Below, piece after piece: positions 51,448 to 60,488 of a stretch of DNA of 64,000 nucleotides. Both the position numbers and the translations under genes were made by a program. The stretch is from positions 14,953-78,952 of the forward strand of contig JAWOID010000071.1 in the NCBI GenBank assembly GCA_046484865.1, written 5' to 3'. Origin of the DNA: Candidatus Krumholzibacteriia bacterium (GTDB lineage Bacteria > Krumholzibacteriota > Krumholzibacteriia > LZORAL124-64-63). Under the pieces are notes generated by a model. It searched no databases. It was not told where the DNA came from and saw only the letters and a program-made list of their open reading frames with translations. How positions within the stretch are numbered: the stretch's first letter is position 1; every line of letters starts with the position of its first letter.

Positions 51448-51663
51448 CTAAGGGCCCCGGCGCGTGCCCGCCACGACCAGCACGACTCCGGCCAGCACCG
51501 CCACACCGGACGCGATCGGCCCGATCGGGATGGTCTCCGTTTTTTCTCTCTCGATCTCGAGTTCGCCCAGATCTGCAACCGTCTCGTTTCTCTCGAAGGA
51601 AATTCCTCCGAATATGAAACCGAGTATGCCGAGGACGATGAGCACGATGCCGAGGATCTTCAC
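51448..51663 (-). CDS. Small two-TM membrane protein (71 aa), possibly DUF3185-like
   Basis: GTG at 51663 lies 7 nt after GGGGAGG. KILGIVLIVLGILGFIFGG and GPIASGVAVLAGVVLVVAG flank a charged loop. The family name is a weak recollection. Confidence 0.45.
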   Translation of the reverse strand: MKILGIVLIVLGILGFIFGGISFERNETVADLGELEIEREKTETIPIGPIASGVAVLAGVVLVVAGTRRGP

Positions 51664-51778
51664 GTCAGGCCTCCCCGATTGAACTCCGCGCGGCACGCAT
51701 GACCAGCGAGCGCTTGTCCCGCTCCCTGCCAAGTAAGGTCCAGATCGCTGGCCGCGCACGCCTCGTCGTCGGGTGGTG

Positions 51779-53326
51779 CTATTCCCTCAGACGGAGTATC
51801 CAGACATCCTCTGCGCTCGTCGTCACCGGTTCGAAGTGCGCCAGCAGTTCTTCGCCGTCCAGAGGCCAGATCTCCGCCAGGCCTCTCACTCGCTTCGATG
51901 CACCCTCGTCATAGACCAGGTAGCGCTGGCCCCTGGCACGCATCCGCCCGGCGATATCCGCGACCGTTCCATACGGCGGAAACTCGTCTGCGTACCAGTC
52001 GATCGCGTACCGGTCCTTCGTCGGTCGCGTCATGTCGTAATAATCGAAAGACCATGCCAGGACTTCGTGCGGGCCGGGCGCCGACGGCTCGCTGGCCAGG
52101 GTTTGCGAGACGGCGATCCTGCCGAGATCGTGCGCGGATATCGGTTGTAGCCACATGGGCCTCACATGGTACCAGGCCAGCCAGAGACACAGCGAGACCA
52201 CCACGACGGTGCGGAACGGCAACGACTCCGCGAAGGCCAGCGGCAGTCGTGACGGGATGAGCCGGAAGCAACCGAACGCGGCATAGATCGCCAGCAAGGG
52301 AGCGAGGAACAGTAGCAAACGGGCATTGATGAAAGCCATGCTCAGCGTGGCCAGGAACGCGACCATGCACAGCACGATCAACAGCGATGCCTTGCGCACG
52401 ACGGTGGTCCGGAGCGAAAGGAGCGCCGCCGCAAAGGCCAGCAGTCCCAGCGGGTAATGGACCAGGTCCAGCCGGAAGGCGCCGGTCACGGTCTCGTACC
52501 AGTGCCGGACGAAGACGGTGGGCTCGCCGGCGACGATCCTCCCCAGGCTCGTGATCGAGCGGGCGGCGGGCATGTTCTGGCCCCAGTTGCCGCCGCCGTG
52601 CATCCCGAAATAGACATTGCGCGCCTGCAGGTTGTACAGCGGCTGGCCCTCGACGACCGTCGACATCACGAGTTGCGGCAGGGCCGCGAGCACGAAGGCT
52701 CCCAGGAGGATGGCGCCGTCCGCGACCCGACGCCCGCTCACCGGCCGTCCCTCGACCGCCATGATCCAGAACAGGATCGGCGGCACCATGATGAGGGCCG
52801 TGTACCTGAAGAGATAGGCGACCCCGAGCGCGAAGCCGGCGACGACGAGCTGGTCGCGACTGCGAGTCAGGGCATACGAAACGGCGTACGCCATCGCCAC
52901 CAGGAGGACCGCCACGGCAGCCAGGTCCGTCCCGGACGTGGTCGCGAACCGCAGGTACGAAGGGTTCGTGGCGCAGAAGAGGACGGCGAGCAACGCCACC
53001 CGGGCCTCGAAGAGCGTGCGGGCGATCCTGGCGACCATGAAGAGCCCGAGGATTCCCGCGAGGAGCGCGATGATCCGGCCGGCCAGCTCGTAATCCGTGA
53101 CGACGGCCGCGACGGCCCGCAGCAGAAGCGGGTAGCCGAGGGGATACAATCCGTCGACCCACGCGGAGGCATCCGACAGCGACAGGCTCTCGGCTCGCGG
53201 AATGAACCCGAAGACGTCGGTGAGGCCGATGGTGGGGTTGGCATACGAGAGACGAGCCGCGACCAGCGCCCAGACCGCGATGACGGCCAGGGTCGCCCAG
53301 CGATAGCGATGTCCTGCGTCGATCAT
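51779..53326 (-). CDS. Glycosyltransferase family 39 / ArnT-PMT-like polytopic membrane glycosyltransferase
   Basis: ATG at 53326. More than 10 TM helices. The N-terminal loop (GFIPRAESLSLSDASAWVDGLYPLGYPLLL) and overall layout are typical of PMT_2/GT39. ~130-aa soluble C-terminal domain. Visibly lower GC than the flanks. Confidence 0.75.
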   Translation of the reverse strand: MIDAGHRYRWATLAVIAVWALVAARLSYANPTIGLTDVFGFIPRAESLSLSDASAWVDGLYPLGYPLLLRAVAAVVTDYELAGRIIALLAGILGLFMVARIARTLFEARVALLAVLFCATNPSYLRFATTSGTDLAAVAVLLVAMAYAVSYALTRSRDQLVVAGFALGVAYLFRYTALIMVPPILFWIMAVEGRPVSGRRVADGAILLGAFVLAALPQLVMSTVVEGQPLYNLQARNVYFGMHGGGNWGQNMPAARSITSLGRIVAGEPTVFVRHWYETVTGAFRLDLVHYPLGLLAFAAALLSLRTTVVRKASLLIVLCMVAFLATLSMAFINARLLLFLAPLLAIYAAFGCFRLIPSRLPLAFAESLPFRTVVVVSLCLWLAWYHVRPMWLQPISAHDLGRIAVSQTLASEPSAPGPHEVLAWSFDYYDMTRPTKDRYAIDWYADEFPPYGTVADIAGRMRARGQRYLVYDEGASKRVRGLAEIWPLDGEELLAHFEPVTTSAEDVWILRLRE

Positions 53327-53593
53327 CGCTGACCTCGACGGTCCGTCGGCCCGCGACGACACGCCTGCCGGCCGGCCAGACCGATCAGAGACGGGGCAAT
53401 CGGCTAGCGCAACGTACGACAGAACGGCCGGACCGCACAACACCCGCGTGGGACCGGCGCCCGGGCAGACCATTCGCTGCGTCGGTCGTCTCGCCGGCGT
53501 CGCCGTACGATCCCCGACCTGCCGTTTCTCGACGACTTCGCCGACGCGCTCGATCCGTGGCGACGGCGCCTGGTCCTGGTCCGGTGAGGATGC

Positions 53594-54910
53594 TCACTCC
53601 CGATGCGGCAGGCGGGCCCAGATGATGAAGCTCGCCGCGGCCAGGACAGTCGCGAAGAGGGCGATGGTCAGGTAGGGCGAGATCAACTCGGCCACCCAGC
53701 CGGCCAGGAACGAGCCGAGGGGCAGCGAGCCGCCGAAACCCACGGCCCAGATCCCCATCACGCGGCCGCGGATGCCGTCGTCCACGCTGGTCTGGACCAG
53801 GGTGTTGCTGGTAGATAGGAACATCACCGCGCCGAAGCCGGCCACCATGATCCCCGCGCTCATGGGCAGCATGGCCCGCGACATCGACACGATCAGGCTG
53901 CCGGCGCAGAGGGTCCAGAGCCCGCCGAACACCTGCAGCCTCGAGGTCCCGCTGGTGGTCCTCGCCGCCACGATGAGCGCTCCCACGATGGCGCCCACGC
54001 CGAACATCGACATCAGCACGCCGTACTGCAGTTCGCTCAGGTGCAGGAGGTCCTGGGCGATGGCCGGCATGAGCGTCTGGAACGACCAGCCGAACACGCC
54101 CATCACGAACAGCAGCAGCAGCAGGATGCGCACCGGGCGGTTACGGCGCACCTCGCGAAAGCCCTCCAGCAGTTCCTGCCAGTGGCTGGTTCGCCGCGGG
54201 AGGATGGTGCGCGGCTGCAGGCGCATGGCCACGAGCGTCGCGATCACCGCCAGGTAGCTCACGGCATCCACCAGGAAGCAGAAGCCGATGCCGATCGTGC
54301 CCATGAGCAGTCCCGCCACGCCGGGACCGATGATCCGCGAGAGGTTGACCAGGGCCGAATTCAGGGCGATGGCATTGAGCAGGTGCTCGCGTCCCACCAT
54401 CTCCACCACGAAGGCCTGCCGTGCCGGCGCCTCGACGGCGAACGCCACGCCGCCGAGCGTGGCCAGGGCCATCAGGTGCCAGGTCTGCACCTGCCCGGAG
54501 AGGACCAGCGCCGCGATGGCCGCCGATGTCAGCGAGGCGAGCACCTGCGCGGCGATGATCATGCGGCGGCGGTCCACGCGGTCGGCGATGGCGCCGGCGG
54601 CCGGGGAGAGCACGAAGAGGGGCAGCAGCGACAGACCCATCACGGCACCCAGCAGGGCGCGCGAACCGGTCAACTCGTACACGAGCCACCCCAGTGCCGT
54701 GCGTCGCACCCAGGTGCCCACCAGGGACGTGCCCTGACCGATGTAGAAGAGGCGGAAGTTGCGCAGCCGGAGCGAGGCGAAGGTGCTGCGCAGCCACGAT
54801 CCCTCCAGCCCGACGGTCGCGAACGCATCCACGCCGCCCGCCGAGCGGGGCGGCTCGTCGGGGCGCGGGAGGTGCTCGTCGCGGTCCGGAGGATGCGTCA
54901 TGGTGCTCAA
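53594..54910 (-). CDS. MFS transporter (EntS/MFS_3-like)
   Basis: 12 predicted TM helices. FRLFYIGQGTSLVGTWVRRTALGWLV and GAIADRVDRRRM motifs are typical of the enterobactin-exporter-like MFS subfamily. Confidence 0.85.
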   Translation of the reverse strand: MSTMTHPPDRDEHLPRPDEPPRSAGGVDAFATVGLEGSWLRSTFASLRLRNFRLFYIGQGTSLVGTWVRRTALGWLVYELTGSRALLGAVMGLSLLPLFVLSPAAGAIADRVDRRRMIIAAQVLASLTSAAIAALVLSGQVQTWHLMALATLGGVAFAVEAPARQAFVVEMVGREHLLNAIALNSALVNLSRIIGPGVAGLLMGTIGIGFCFLVDAVSYLAVIATLVAMRLQPRTILPRRTSHWQELLEGFREVRRNRPVRILLLLLFVMGVFGWSFQTLMPAIAQDLLHLSELQYGVLMSMFGVGAIVGALIVAARTTSGTSRLQVFGGLWTLCAGSLIVSMSRAMLPMSAGIMVAGFGAVMFLSTSNTLVQTSVDDGIRGRVMGIWAVGFGGSLPLGSFLAGWVAELISPYLTIALFATVLAAASFIIWARLPHRE

Positions 54911-55063
54911 AGCTGTGTCGAACCGCGCCGGACCGCCAGCGACCGGGCCAGGAAGTCCTGGCCTGGCCGCCGATCCTCGCTATAATTGACGGGCGTACGG
55001 GTCATCGCCCGGACCGGGCAGCATCGGTCCGTGCGTCGTTTTCATGCCCGGAAGGAGTTGCGT

Positions 55064-55384
55064 GTGGACTGGCACGAGTTGAACAAGAAGCGGGTGGCCG
55101 ACCTGCGTGAACTGGCGCACGAACATGCGCCCGACGTCACCGGCGTCACCCAGATGAAGAAGCCCGAGCTGGTCGGCATCCTGGCCGAGCGCATGGGCAT
55201 CGAGCCCCCGAAGAAGATCGTCCGGGGCATCGACAAGACGAACATCAAGACGAAGATCGACGAGCACAAGCAGAAGCGGGACGCCGCGCTGGAGGCCCAC
55301 GACCACGCCGAGTTGAAGACGCAGCGGCGGGCGATCCACCGCCTGAAGCGCCGCCTGCGCCGCTCCGCGAGCCTCACCCGCTAG
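55064..55384 (+). CDS. Small basic protein with Rho_N-like (SAP-like) N-terminal domain
   Basis: GTG at 55064 lies 6 nt after GGAAGGAG (55050-55057). LNKKRVADLRELAHEHAPDVTGVTQMKKPELVGILAERMG resembles the Rho termination factor N-terminal domain. The C-terminal half is a K/R-rich helix. Confidence 0.55.
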   Translation: MDWHELNKKRVADLRELAHEHAPDVTGVTQMKKPELVGILAERMGIEPPKKIVRGIDKTNIKTKIDEHKQKRDAALEAHDHAELKTQRRAIHRLKRRLRRSASLTR

Positions 55385-55391
55385 ACGGGAC

Positions 55392-55419
55392 CCGGACGGC
55401 CGCCGAGGCGACCGTCCGG
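55392..55419. terminator. Hairpin (8-bp stem, 12-nt loop) just after the stop of the Rho_N-like gene
   Basis: CCGGACGG (55392-55399) pairs with CCGTCCGG (55412-55419). No T-tract. Confidence 0.35.
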
Positions 55420-55435
55420 ACGGCATCTGTCCTTC

Positions 55436-55468
55436 CGCGCGCCGGTGCCTGCGGGTGGCCGGCGCGCG
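55436..55468. terminator. Hairpin (10-bp perfect GC stem, 13-nt loop) between convergent genes
   Basis: CGCGCGCCGG (55436-55445) pairs with CCGGCGCGCG (55459-55468). Confidence 0.4.
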
Positions 55469-55490
55469 TGCGCTGGCGACCCGCGTGCGC

Positions 55491-55535
55491 CGTCACCGCC
55501 GTCACCGCCGCCACCGCCGCCACCGCCGCCGCCGC
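55491..55535. repeat. Five tandem 9-nt units CG(T/C)C(A/G)CCGC
   Basis: cgtcaccgc, cgtcaccgc, cgccaccgc, cgccaccgc, cgccgccgc read directly from the sequence. Located in the 3' region just beyond the dus stop (55547). Confidence 0.8.
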
Positions 55536-55546
55536 CGCGGTCCGAG

Positions 55547-56530
55547 CTACCGCGGCAGCAGCCGTCGCACGGCATCGGCGCCGTCGGCCTGCATCAACTC
55601 CGCCCGCAAGGTGGCGGCGCCGGGAAAGCCGGTGCAGTAGATCTTGTAGAACTTCTTGAGATTGTTGAAGTTGCGGACGCCGTCCCACACCTCGAGGTAA
55701 CGCTCGGTATGCTGCCAGAGCAGCGCCAGGCGCTCGCGGCAGTCCGGATCGGGCGGTGGATCGTTGAAGAGCCAGGCGTTCTGGAACACCCCGCGGCCCA
55801 CCATCACCCCCTCCACCCCGTGGCGAGCCGCCAGCGCGCGGCCCTGCGCCACCGACGTGACGTCGCCGTTGCCGATCATCACCGTCGAACTGCCCATCGC
55901 GTCGCGCAGCCGCACGGCCTTGCCGATCTCGTTCCAGTCCGCGGGCACCTTCGTCATGTCGCGCTGGGTACGTCCGTGCAGGGTGATGGCTGCGGGGCCG
56001 GTCTCGAGCAGCCGTCCGATCCACTCCTCCGTGATCGGCTCCCGCAGACCCGTGCGAGTCTTCACGCTCACGGGCAGGTGGGTGCCGTCCCGGGTGGCGC
56101 GCACGATCTCGCAGGCCAGGTCCGGGTCGCCGATCAGGGCCGAGCAGGCGGCCTGCTTGCCGGCGATCTTGCGCACCGGGCAGCCGAAGTTGATGTCGAT
56201 GCCGTCGAATTCGTGATCGCGGGTGATGATCTCGGCGGCGCGCCGGAAGTGCTCCGGATCCCGTCCCCAGATCTGCGCCACGATCCGCACGCCCGTGGCG
56301 CGCAGCAGGGCCCGCTCCGCCCCGGTGACGAGCAGCCGGGTGGCCACGGCGAATCGGCCCTCGGGATGGACGAGACCGTCCGTGCTGGCGAACTCGCCGA
56401 AGACGACGCGCAGGTGCGCGGGGTCGGAGATCCGCAGCACGATCTCGCGGAAGATCGTGTCGGTGACGTCTTCCATCGGCGCCAGGACGAAGAACGGCGC
56501 CGGCAACTCGGACCAGAAACTCCGGGTCAC
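55547..56530 (-). CDS. dus: tRNA-dihydrouridine synthase
   Basis: GTG at 56530 overlaps the upstream stop as GTGA. Motifs LAPMEDVTDTIFR, GIDINFGCPVRKI and ITLHGRTQ. The upstream 126 codons of the track ORF are rejected. Confidence 0.9.
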   Translation of the reverse strand: MTRSFWSELPAPFFVLAPMEDVTDTIFREIVLRISDPAHLRVVFGEFASTDGLVHPEGRFAVATRLLVTGAERALLRATGVRIVAQIWGRDPEHFRRAAEIITRDHEFDGIDINFGCPVRKIAGKQAACSALIGDPDLACEIVRATRDGTHLPVSVKTRTGLREPITEEWIGRLLETGPAAITLHGRTQRDMTKVPADWNEIGKAVRLRDAMGSSTVMIGNGDVTSVAQGRALAARHGVEGVMVGRGVFQNAWLFNDPPPDPDCRERLALLWQHTERYLEVWDGVRNFNNLKKFYKIYCTGFPGAATLRAELMQADGADAVRRLLPR

Positions 56531-57111
56531 GGATTCTCCCGCGGCGGACCGGACGGACGGGGCGATCGGCGAAGATTCCCCACCAAGAACGTCCGCATGC
56601 CGGCGGGATGCAAGCTCGACGCGCGAGGATCGGCGCCTGCCGCGGTCTCGTCGCTCGCCAGAGGCAGTTCGACCAGCTGGACAGCGACGCGACCGGCGAC
56701 CACCTCCAGGAGTGCGACCGTCGCCGGCAGCCGGAACCGGCGCGGTCCCGCGCTGCCGGGGTTCAGGTGAACGACTCCGTCGGCCTGCTCCAGGTGTGGC
56801 CGGTGCGAGTGGCCGGTGACGACCATGTCCACCCGATCGCCGTTCAGCGACACCTCCTCGCGGATGTGCCGCAGGTGGATGCGGACGCCGCCCACATCCT
56901 CCGTCACCCACTCGGGCAGGCGCCAGGCCCAGGCGCCCTCGTCCACGTTGCCGCGCACGGCCGTCACCGGCGCGATGCGCCCCAGGTGGGCGAGGATCTC
57001 GGGCCGCCCGATGTCGCCGGCGTGCAGGACCAGGTCGCTCCCGGCGAGGGCCGCCGCCGCTTCCGGACGCAGCAGCCCGTGCGTGTCCGAGATGATGCCG
57101 ACGCGGGTCAT
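56527..57111 (-). CDS. YfcE/MJ0936-type metallophosphoesterase
   Basis: GIISDTHG, LHAGDI, VRGNVD, VTGHSHRP and LNPGS motifs. Confidence 0.85.
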   Translation of the reverse strand: MTRVGIISDTHGLLRPEAAAALAGSDLVLHAGDIGRPEILAHLGRIAPVTAVRGNVDEGAWAWRLPEWVTEDVGGVRIHLRHIREEVSLNGDRVDMVVTGHSHRPHLEQADGVVHLNPGSAGPRRFRLPATVALLEVVAGRVAVQLVELPLASDETAAGADPRASSLHPAGMRTFLVGNLRRSPRPSGPPRENP

Positions 57112-57132
57112 GACCGCCTCACGGTGGTGTCC

Positions 57133-57540
57133 TCACACGAGCAGGGCGTGCACGCTGTAGACGCCCGGCCCGAACGCCAGCAGGACCAGGGCCAGAGCCA
57201 GCAGCAGCAGATCGTACGACCAGTCGGGAAAGCCCTTCTCGGTCCTGGTGATCTTCCAGACGGTGCCCGTCGCCATGTGGACCGCCAGCCCCGCCGCCAC
57301 CAGCCAGACCAGCAAGCCGACGATGACCGCAAGCCCGCCGAAGACCTCCAGGACCGCGATCAGGGTGCCCCACAGCATGCCCGGCCGGAACCCCATCTCC
57401 ACGAAGCTCTCGGCGTTCTGGCGCAGATCGCGGATCTTGGGCAGCCCGAAGTAGATGAACGATATCCCGACGACGAGTCGGACCAGCAGCAGCACCACGT
57501 CGGCGGCATCGGCGAGAGGTGCGGTCGGCAAGAAAGGCAT
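57133..57540 (-). CDS. DoxX-family membrane protein
   Basis: ATG at 57540 after GGAGG. LLLVRLVVGISFIYFGLPKI and LEVFGGLAVIVGL are typical of DoxX. Four TM helices. Confidence 0.8.
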   Translation of the reverse strand: MPFLPTAPLADAADVVLLLVRLVVGISFIYFGLPKIRDLRQNAESFVEMGFRPGMLWGTLIAVLEVFGGLAVIVGLLVWLVAAGLAVHMATGTVWKITRTEKGFPDWSYDLLLLALALVLLAFGPGVYSVHALLV

Positions 57541-57723
57541 GGCGGCCTCCGGCTGCAGCGTACGACGCGCGGCGAGCGACGGCGGGCAAGGACGACGAGG
57601 CACACGTTAGCCCCGCCGGGGCGGGTCGCATACCGGGCCTCCACCCATCCGGGAGCCGTGGCGGCGTCGGCGTTCCGGCGGCCCGGTCCATGACGCGGCG
57701 GTTACGACCGGACCCCGAGGCGG

Positions 57724-60345
57724 TCACTTCACGAGCGTGAGCTTCAGTGCCCGATCGCCGCCTCCTGCGCGCAGCCGCGCCAGGTAGACGCCGCTGGCCG
57801 CGGGCAGGCCGTCGTCGCCACGACCGTCCCAGTGGGCGGTCTGCTCGCCGGCCGGACGATGCTCGCTCAGCAGCGTTCGGATGCGGCGGCCCAGAGCATC
57901 GTGGATCGCCAGTTCCACCGGCCCGGCCCTCGGGTTGTCGAAGCGCAGGGTCGTCCCCGGGTTGAACGGGTTGGGGAACGCGGCCAGGGCCGGCCGGCGC
58001 GCGGGCGTATCGTCCACGCCGGTGGTGTCGTCCAGCGTCGCCACGGACACGGTGAAATCGTCCACGTACATGCCGTCGCGCTGCACGCTGCCGTCGCTGC
58101 GCAGGAGGAAGCGGAAGCGCACGTCCGGCTGTCCCAGATACGATGCGAGGTCGACCGTGTTCAGCAACCAGTTCGACTGGCTGCCGTCGAACAGCGGCGT
58201 GCCGGCGGGCTGCTGCACGCCCTGGCCCGATCCGGCACGCGTGAACTCGGTGGCCACGTTGTCCCAGGTGACGCCGCCGTCGGTGGAGATCTGGAAGAAG
58301 GCGGCGTCCCACGACGACTCGATGCTCCATCTGGCCTGGAACGAGACCTCTGCGCCGATCGCCTCGCCGAGATCCACCGCGGTCGCACAGACGGTGGCGA
58401 GATCGGCCCCGGACGGGTAATTGCCGCCGGGACTGTCGGTGAGACTGTTGCCGCCGTCGTAGCCATCGGGCGGAGAGGCAAGGCCCCAGTCGCCGGACCA
58501 GACGCCGGTGTCCGCGTCGAAGTCGCTGACGATCGGGTAGGCGACGACCATCGCCGCGAGCGCGAAGTCGGCGACCACGGACGCCGCGCCGATGGCGACC
58601 ACCTGGCTGGCGGGCGCGTACCCGTCGCTGCGTGCGGTCAGCTCGTACTCGCCATGAACCAGCGAGGCGGAGTAGCCGCCGCCGGGGCCGGTATCGATGG
58701 TGGCGACGAGATCGCCCATCGGATGGGTGCGCACCTCGACGGCGGCGGCCAGGCCGTTCCCCCGGAGATCGGCCACCACACCGCTGACATCGCCGTGGGC
58801 GGCCGGCTGCAACGCCACGTCCAGCACCGTGGGCGTGCCCCAGGCGGTGGTCACGCCATACTCGGTGTGGGTGACGTGCCCCTCGGCGCTGAACACGACG
58901 TCGTAGGTTCCCGTGTCCAGCAGCTTGTAGTAGTCGCCGTGGGCGGGATCGGTGCTCACCGGCTGGTCGATGCCCACCACGGTGACGGTGGCCGCGAGCG
59001 GCAGCCCGCTGTCGGCTGCCGTGACGACGCCGTTCACCCCGTAGCGGGCCGCCGCGATGAAGTGCACCAGGCTCTCGCGATTGTCGTTCCAGAGGTCCTC
59101 CAGCAGCGAGGCGTCGGGCCACTTCGAGCCGTACAGTTCCACGGTGAGGTCGATGCAGCCGGTCTCGTGATACGACCAGTCCTGCAGGCTGCCCTCGACG
59201 ACGTACCACTGGGCGCCGTTGGTGATCCCCTGATCGAACGGCCCGGTGTACATCGGCAGGTTGTACTGCGAGTACTCCAGCGCGAGCCGGACGATGGCCG
59301 CGTCGTCGGGCGTCAGCGCGTAGGTATGGTCCCAGGGGTAGTTCACCACGATCGCACCGCCGTGGCCGTTCTGGCTGACGACGAAATGATGCGCGAGGCC
59401 GTGATCCTTCAGCGCGATCGTCTCGACTTCCTCGGTCCAGGTGCCGTCGTCGCCGATGCTGCCGTCGGGCACCGGAAAGTTGCGGTTCAGGTCGCGGCCG
59501 TTGGCATTGTAGCGCGAGTGCGCGACGTATCCGTCCGGATTGTGCAGCGGCAGCACGTGGATCTCGTGGTCGTCCACCAGCGCCGTGACGTCCTCGAAGC
59601 CGGGCTGACCGTGGTTGTCGGTGAGGTACTCCACCAGGTTCAGCAGCATGACCATGCCGACGGGCTCGTCGCCGTGCATGGAGCTCGAGAGCCGGATCTC
59701 GGGCTCGGCCTCGTGCTGGTCGACGTGGTCCGAGATGACCGCGCCCCACAGCTCGCGTCCCTCCACCGAGGTGCCCCAGGTGTAGGTCCGCACGAGGGTG
59801 GGATGGTCGGCGGCGGCGGCGGCGAGGATGGCGCCGATCTGCGTGTGCGTGGGGTAGTAGAAGATGTCGCCCTTGACGGGCAGGTCGACCTCCCCCGCCG
59901 CCTCGGCCGCCCACAACCGCTCGGTCTCCTCGCGCATGGCCCGCTCGAGGTCGGGAAGCGGCTGCGGTGCGTAGCCCGCGGCCTCGAGCGCCGCCCGTTC
60001 CAGCTCGGTGACCCGCGGGGTGAAGACCACCCGGTACCCCTTCGGCTCCCGCCGCACCAGCTGGATCTGTTCGCGGTGGAACGAGGCGATGGGCACCTGC
60101 TGCAGCAGCGCGTCCAGCGCCGCCTGGTCCGGCAGCTCGATCCGCACCGGCACGTCGTTCCACTGTCGCACCTGCCACCGGGGCAGACCATTGGCGTCGA
60201 CGGGAATGGCGGGACCCTCGGCCCTGGAGGCACTGGATTCGCCGGCGTCGATGGAGGCGCTGGAGGCGATTGCAACATCGGTACCGACCGCGCCGGTGGC
60301 GATCAGCAGCATCGCCGCGAATCCGTGCGTCGTCGTCATCCTCAT
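57724..60345 (-). CDS. Secreted M14 zinc carboxypeptidase with CarboxypepD_reg-like domains, beta-sandwich module and FlgD-Ig/T9SS-type tail
   Basis: ATG at 60345 (MRMTTTHGFAAMLLIATGAVG signal). M14 motifs SSMHGDEPVG, NPDG and QNGHGGAIVVNYPWD. Pro-domain-like N-terminus. The module ends GMYVDDFTVSV. Tail: PNPFNPGTTL..LAIHDALGRRI...WDGRGDDG...GVYLARL...KLTLVK. It is only the last 873 codons of the 1321-aa track ORF. Confidence 0.9.
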   Translation of the reverse strand: MRMTTTHGFAAMLLIATGAVGTDVAIASSASIDAGESSASRAEGPAIPVDANGLPRWQVRQWNDVPVRIELPDQAALDALLQQVPIASFHREQIQLVRREPKGYRVVFTPRVTELERAALEAAGYAPQPLPDLERAMREETERLWAAEAAGEVDLPVKGDIFYYPTHTQIGAILAAAAADHPTLVRTYTWGTSVEGRELWGAVISDHVDQHEAEPEIRLSSSMHGDEPVGMVMLLNLVEYLTDNHGQPGFEDVTALVDDHEIHVLPLHNPDGYVAHSRYNANGRDLNRNFPVPDGSIGDDGTWTEEVETIALKDHGLAHHFVVSQNGHGGAIVVNYPWDHTYALTPDDAAIVRLALEYSQYNLPMYTGPFDQGITNGAQWYVVEGSLQDWSYHETGCIDLTVELYGSKWPDASLLEDLWNDNRESLVHFIAAARYGVNGVVTAADSGLPLAATVTVVGIDQPVSTDPAHGDYYKLLDTGTYDVVFSAEGHVTHTEYGVTTAWGTPTVLDVALQPAAHGDVSGVVADLRGNGLAAAVEVRTHPMGDLVATIDTGPGGGYSASLVHGEYELTARSDGYAPASQVVAIGAASVVADFALAAMVVAYPIVSDFDADTGVWSGDWGLASPPDGYDGGNSLTDSPGGNYPSGADLATVCATAVDLGEAIGAEVSFQARWSIESSWDAAFFQISTDGGVTWDNVATEFTRAGSGQGVQQPAGTPLFDGSQSNWLLNTVDLASYLGQPDVRFRFLLRSDGSVQRDGMYVDDFTVSVATLDDTTGVDDTPARRPALAAFPNPFNPGTTLRFDNPRAGPVELAIHDALGRRIRTLLSEHRPAGEQTAHWDGRGDDGLPAASGVYLARLRAGGGDRALKLTLVK

Positions 60346-60488
60346 CGGTCGCGTCCCTTCGCGGCGGAGGTCACGGCATCGGCCGGCCGACGACCGGCGG
60401 CCGGGGCACGTCGCTGCCACGGCAGGTCCAATGATACCAGCCACGCGAACGCGAGGGAAGGAGAGCGCAGTCGCGCGACGGCGGCCGG

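Noticed and set aside
54981-54986. Perfect TATAAT hexamer upstream of the Rho_N-like gene
   Set aside because: There is no acceptable -35 element at 16-18 nt upstream (sequence tcctggcc). It is not listed as a promoter feature and is only mentioned in a finding.
55491-55535. Tandem repeats considered as a possible CRISPR array (also 18236-18304)
   Set aside because: The units are 9 nt and 23 nt respectively and directly abutting, with no spacers. No cas genes are in the window.
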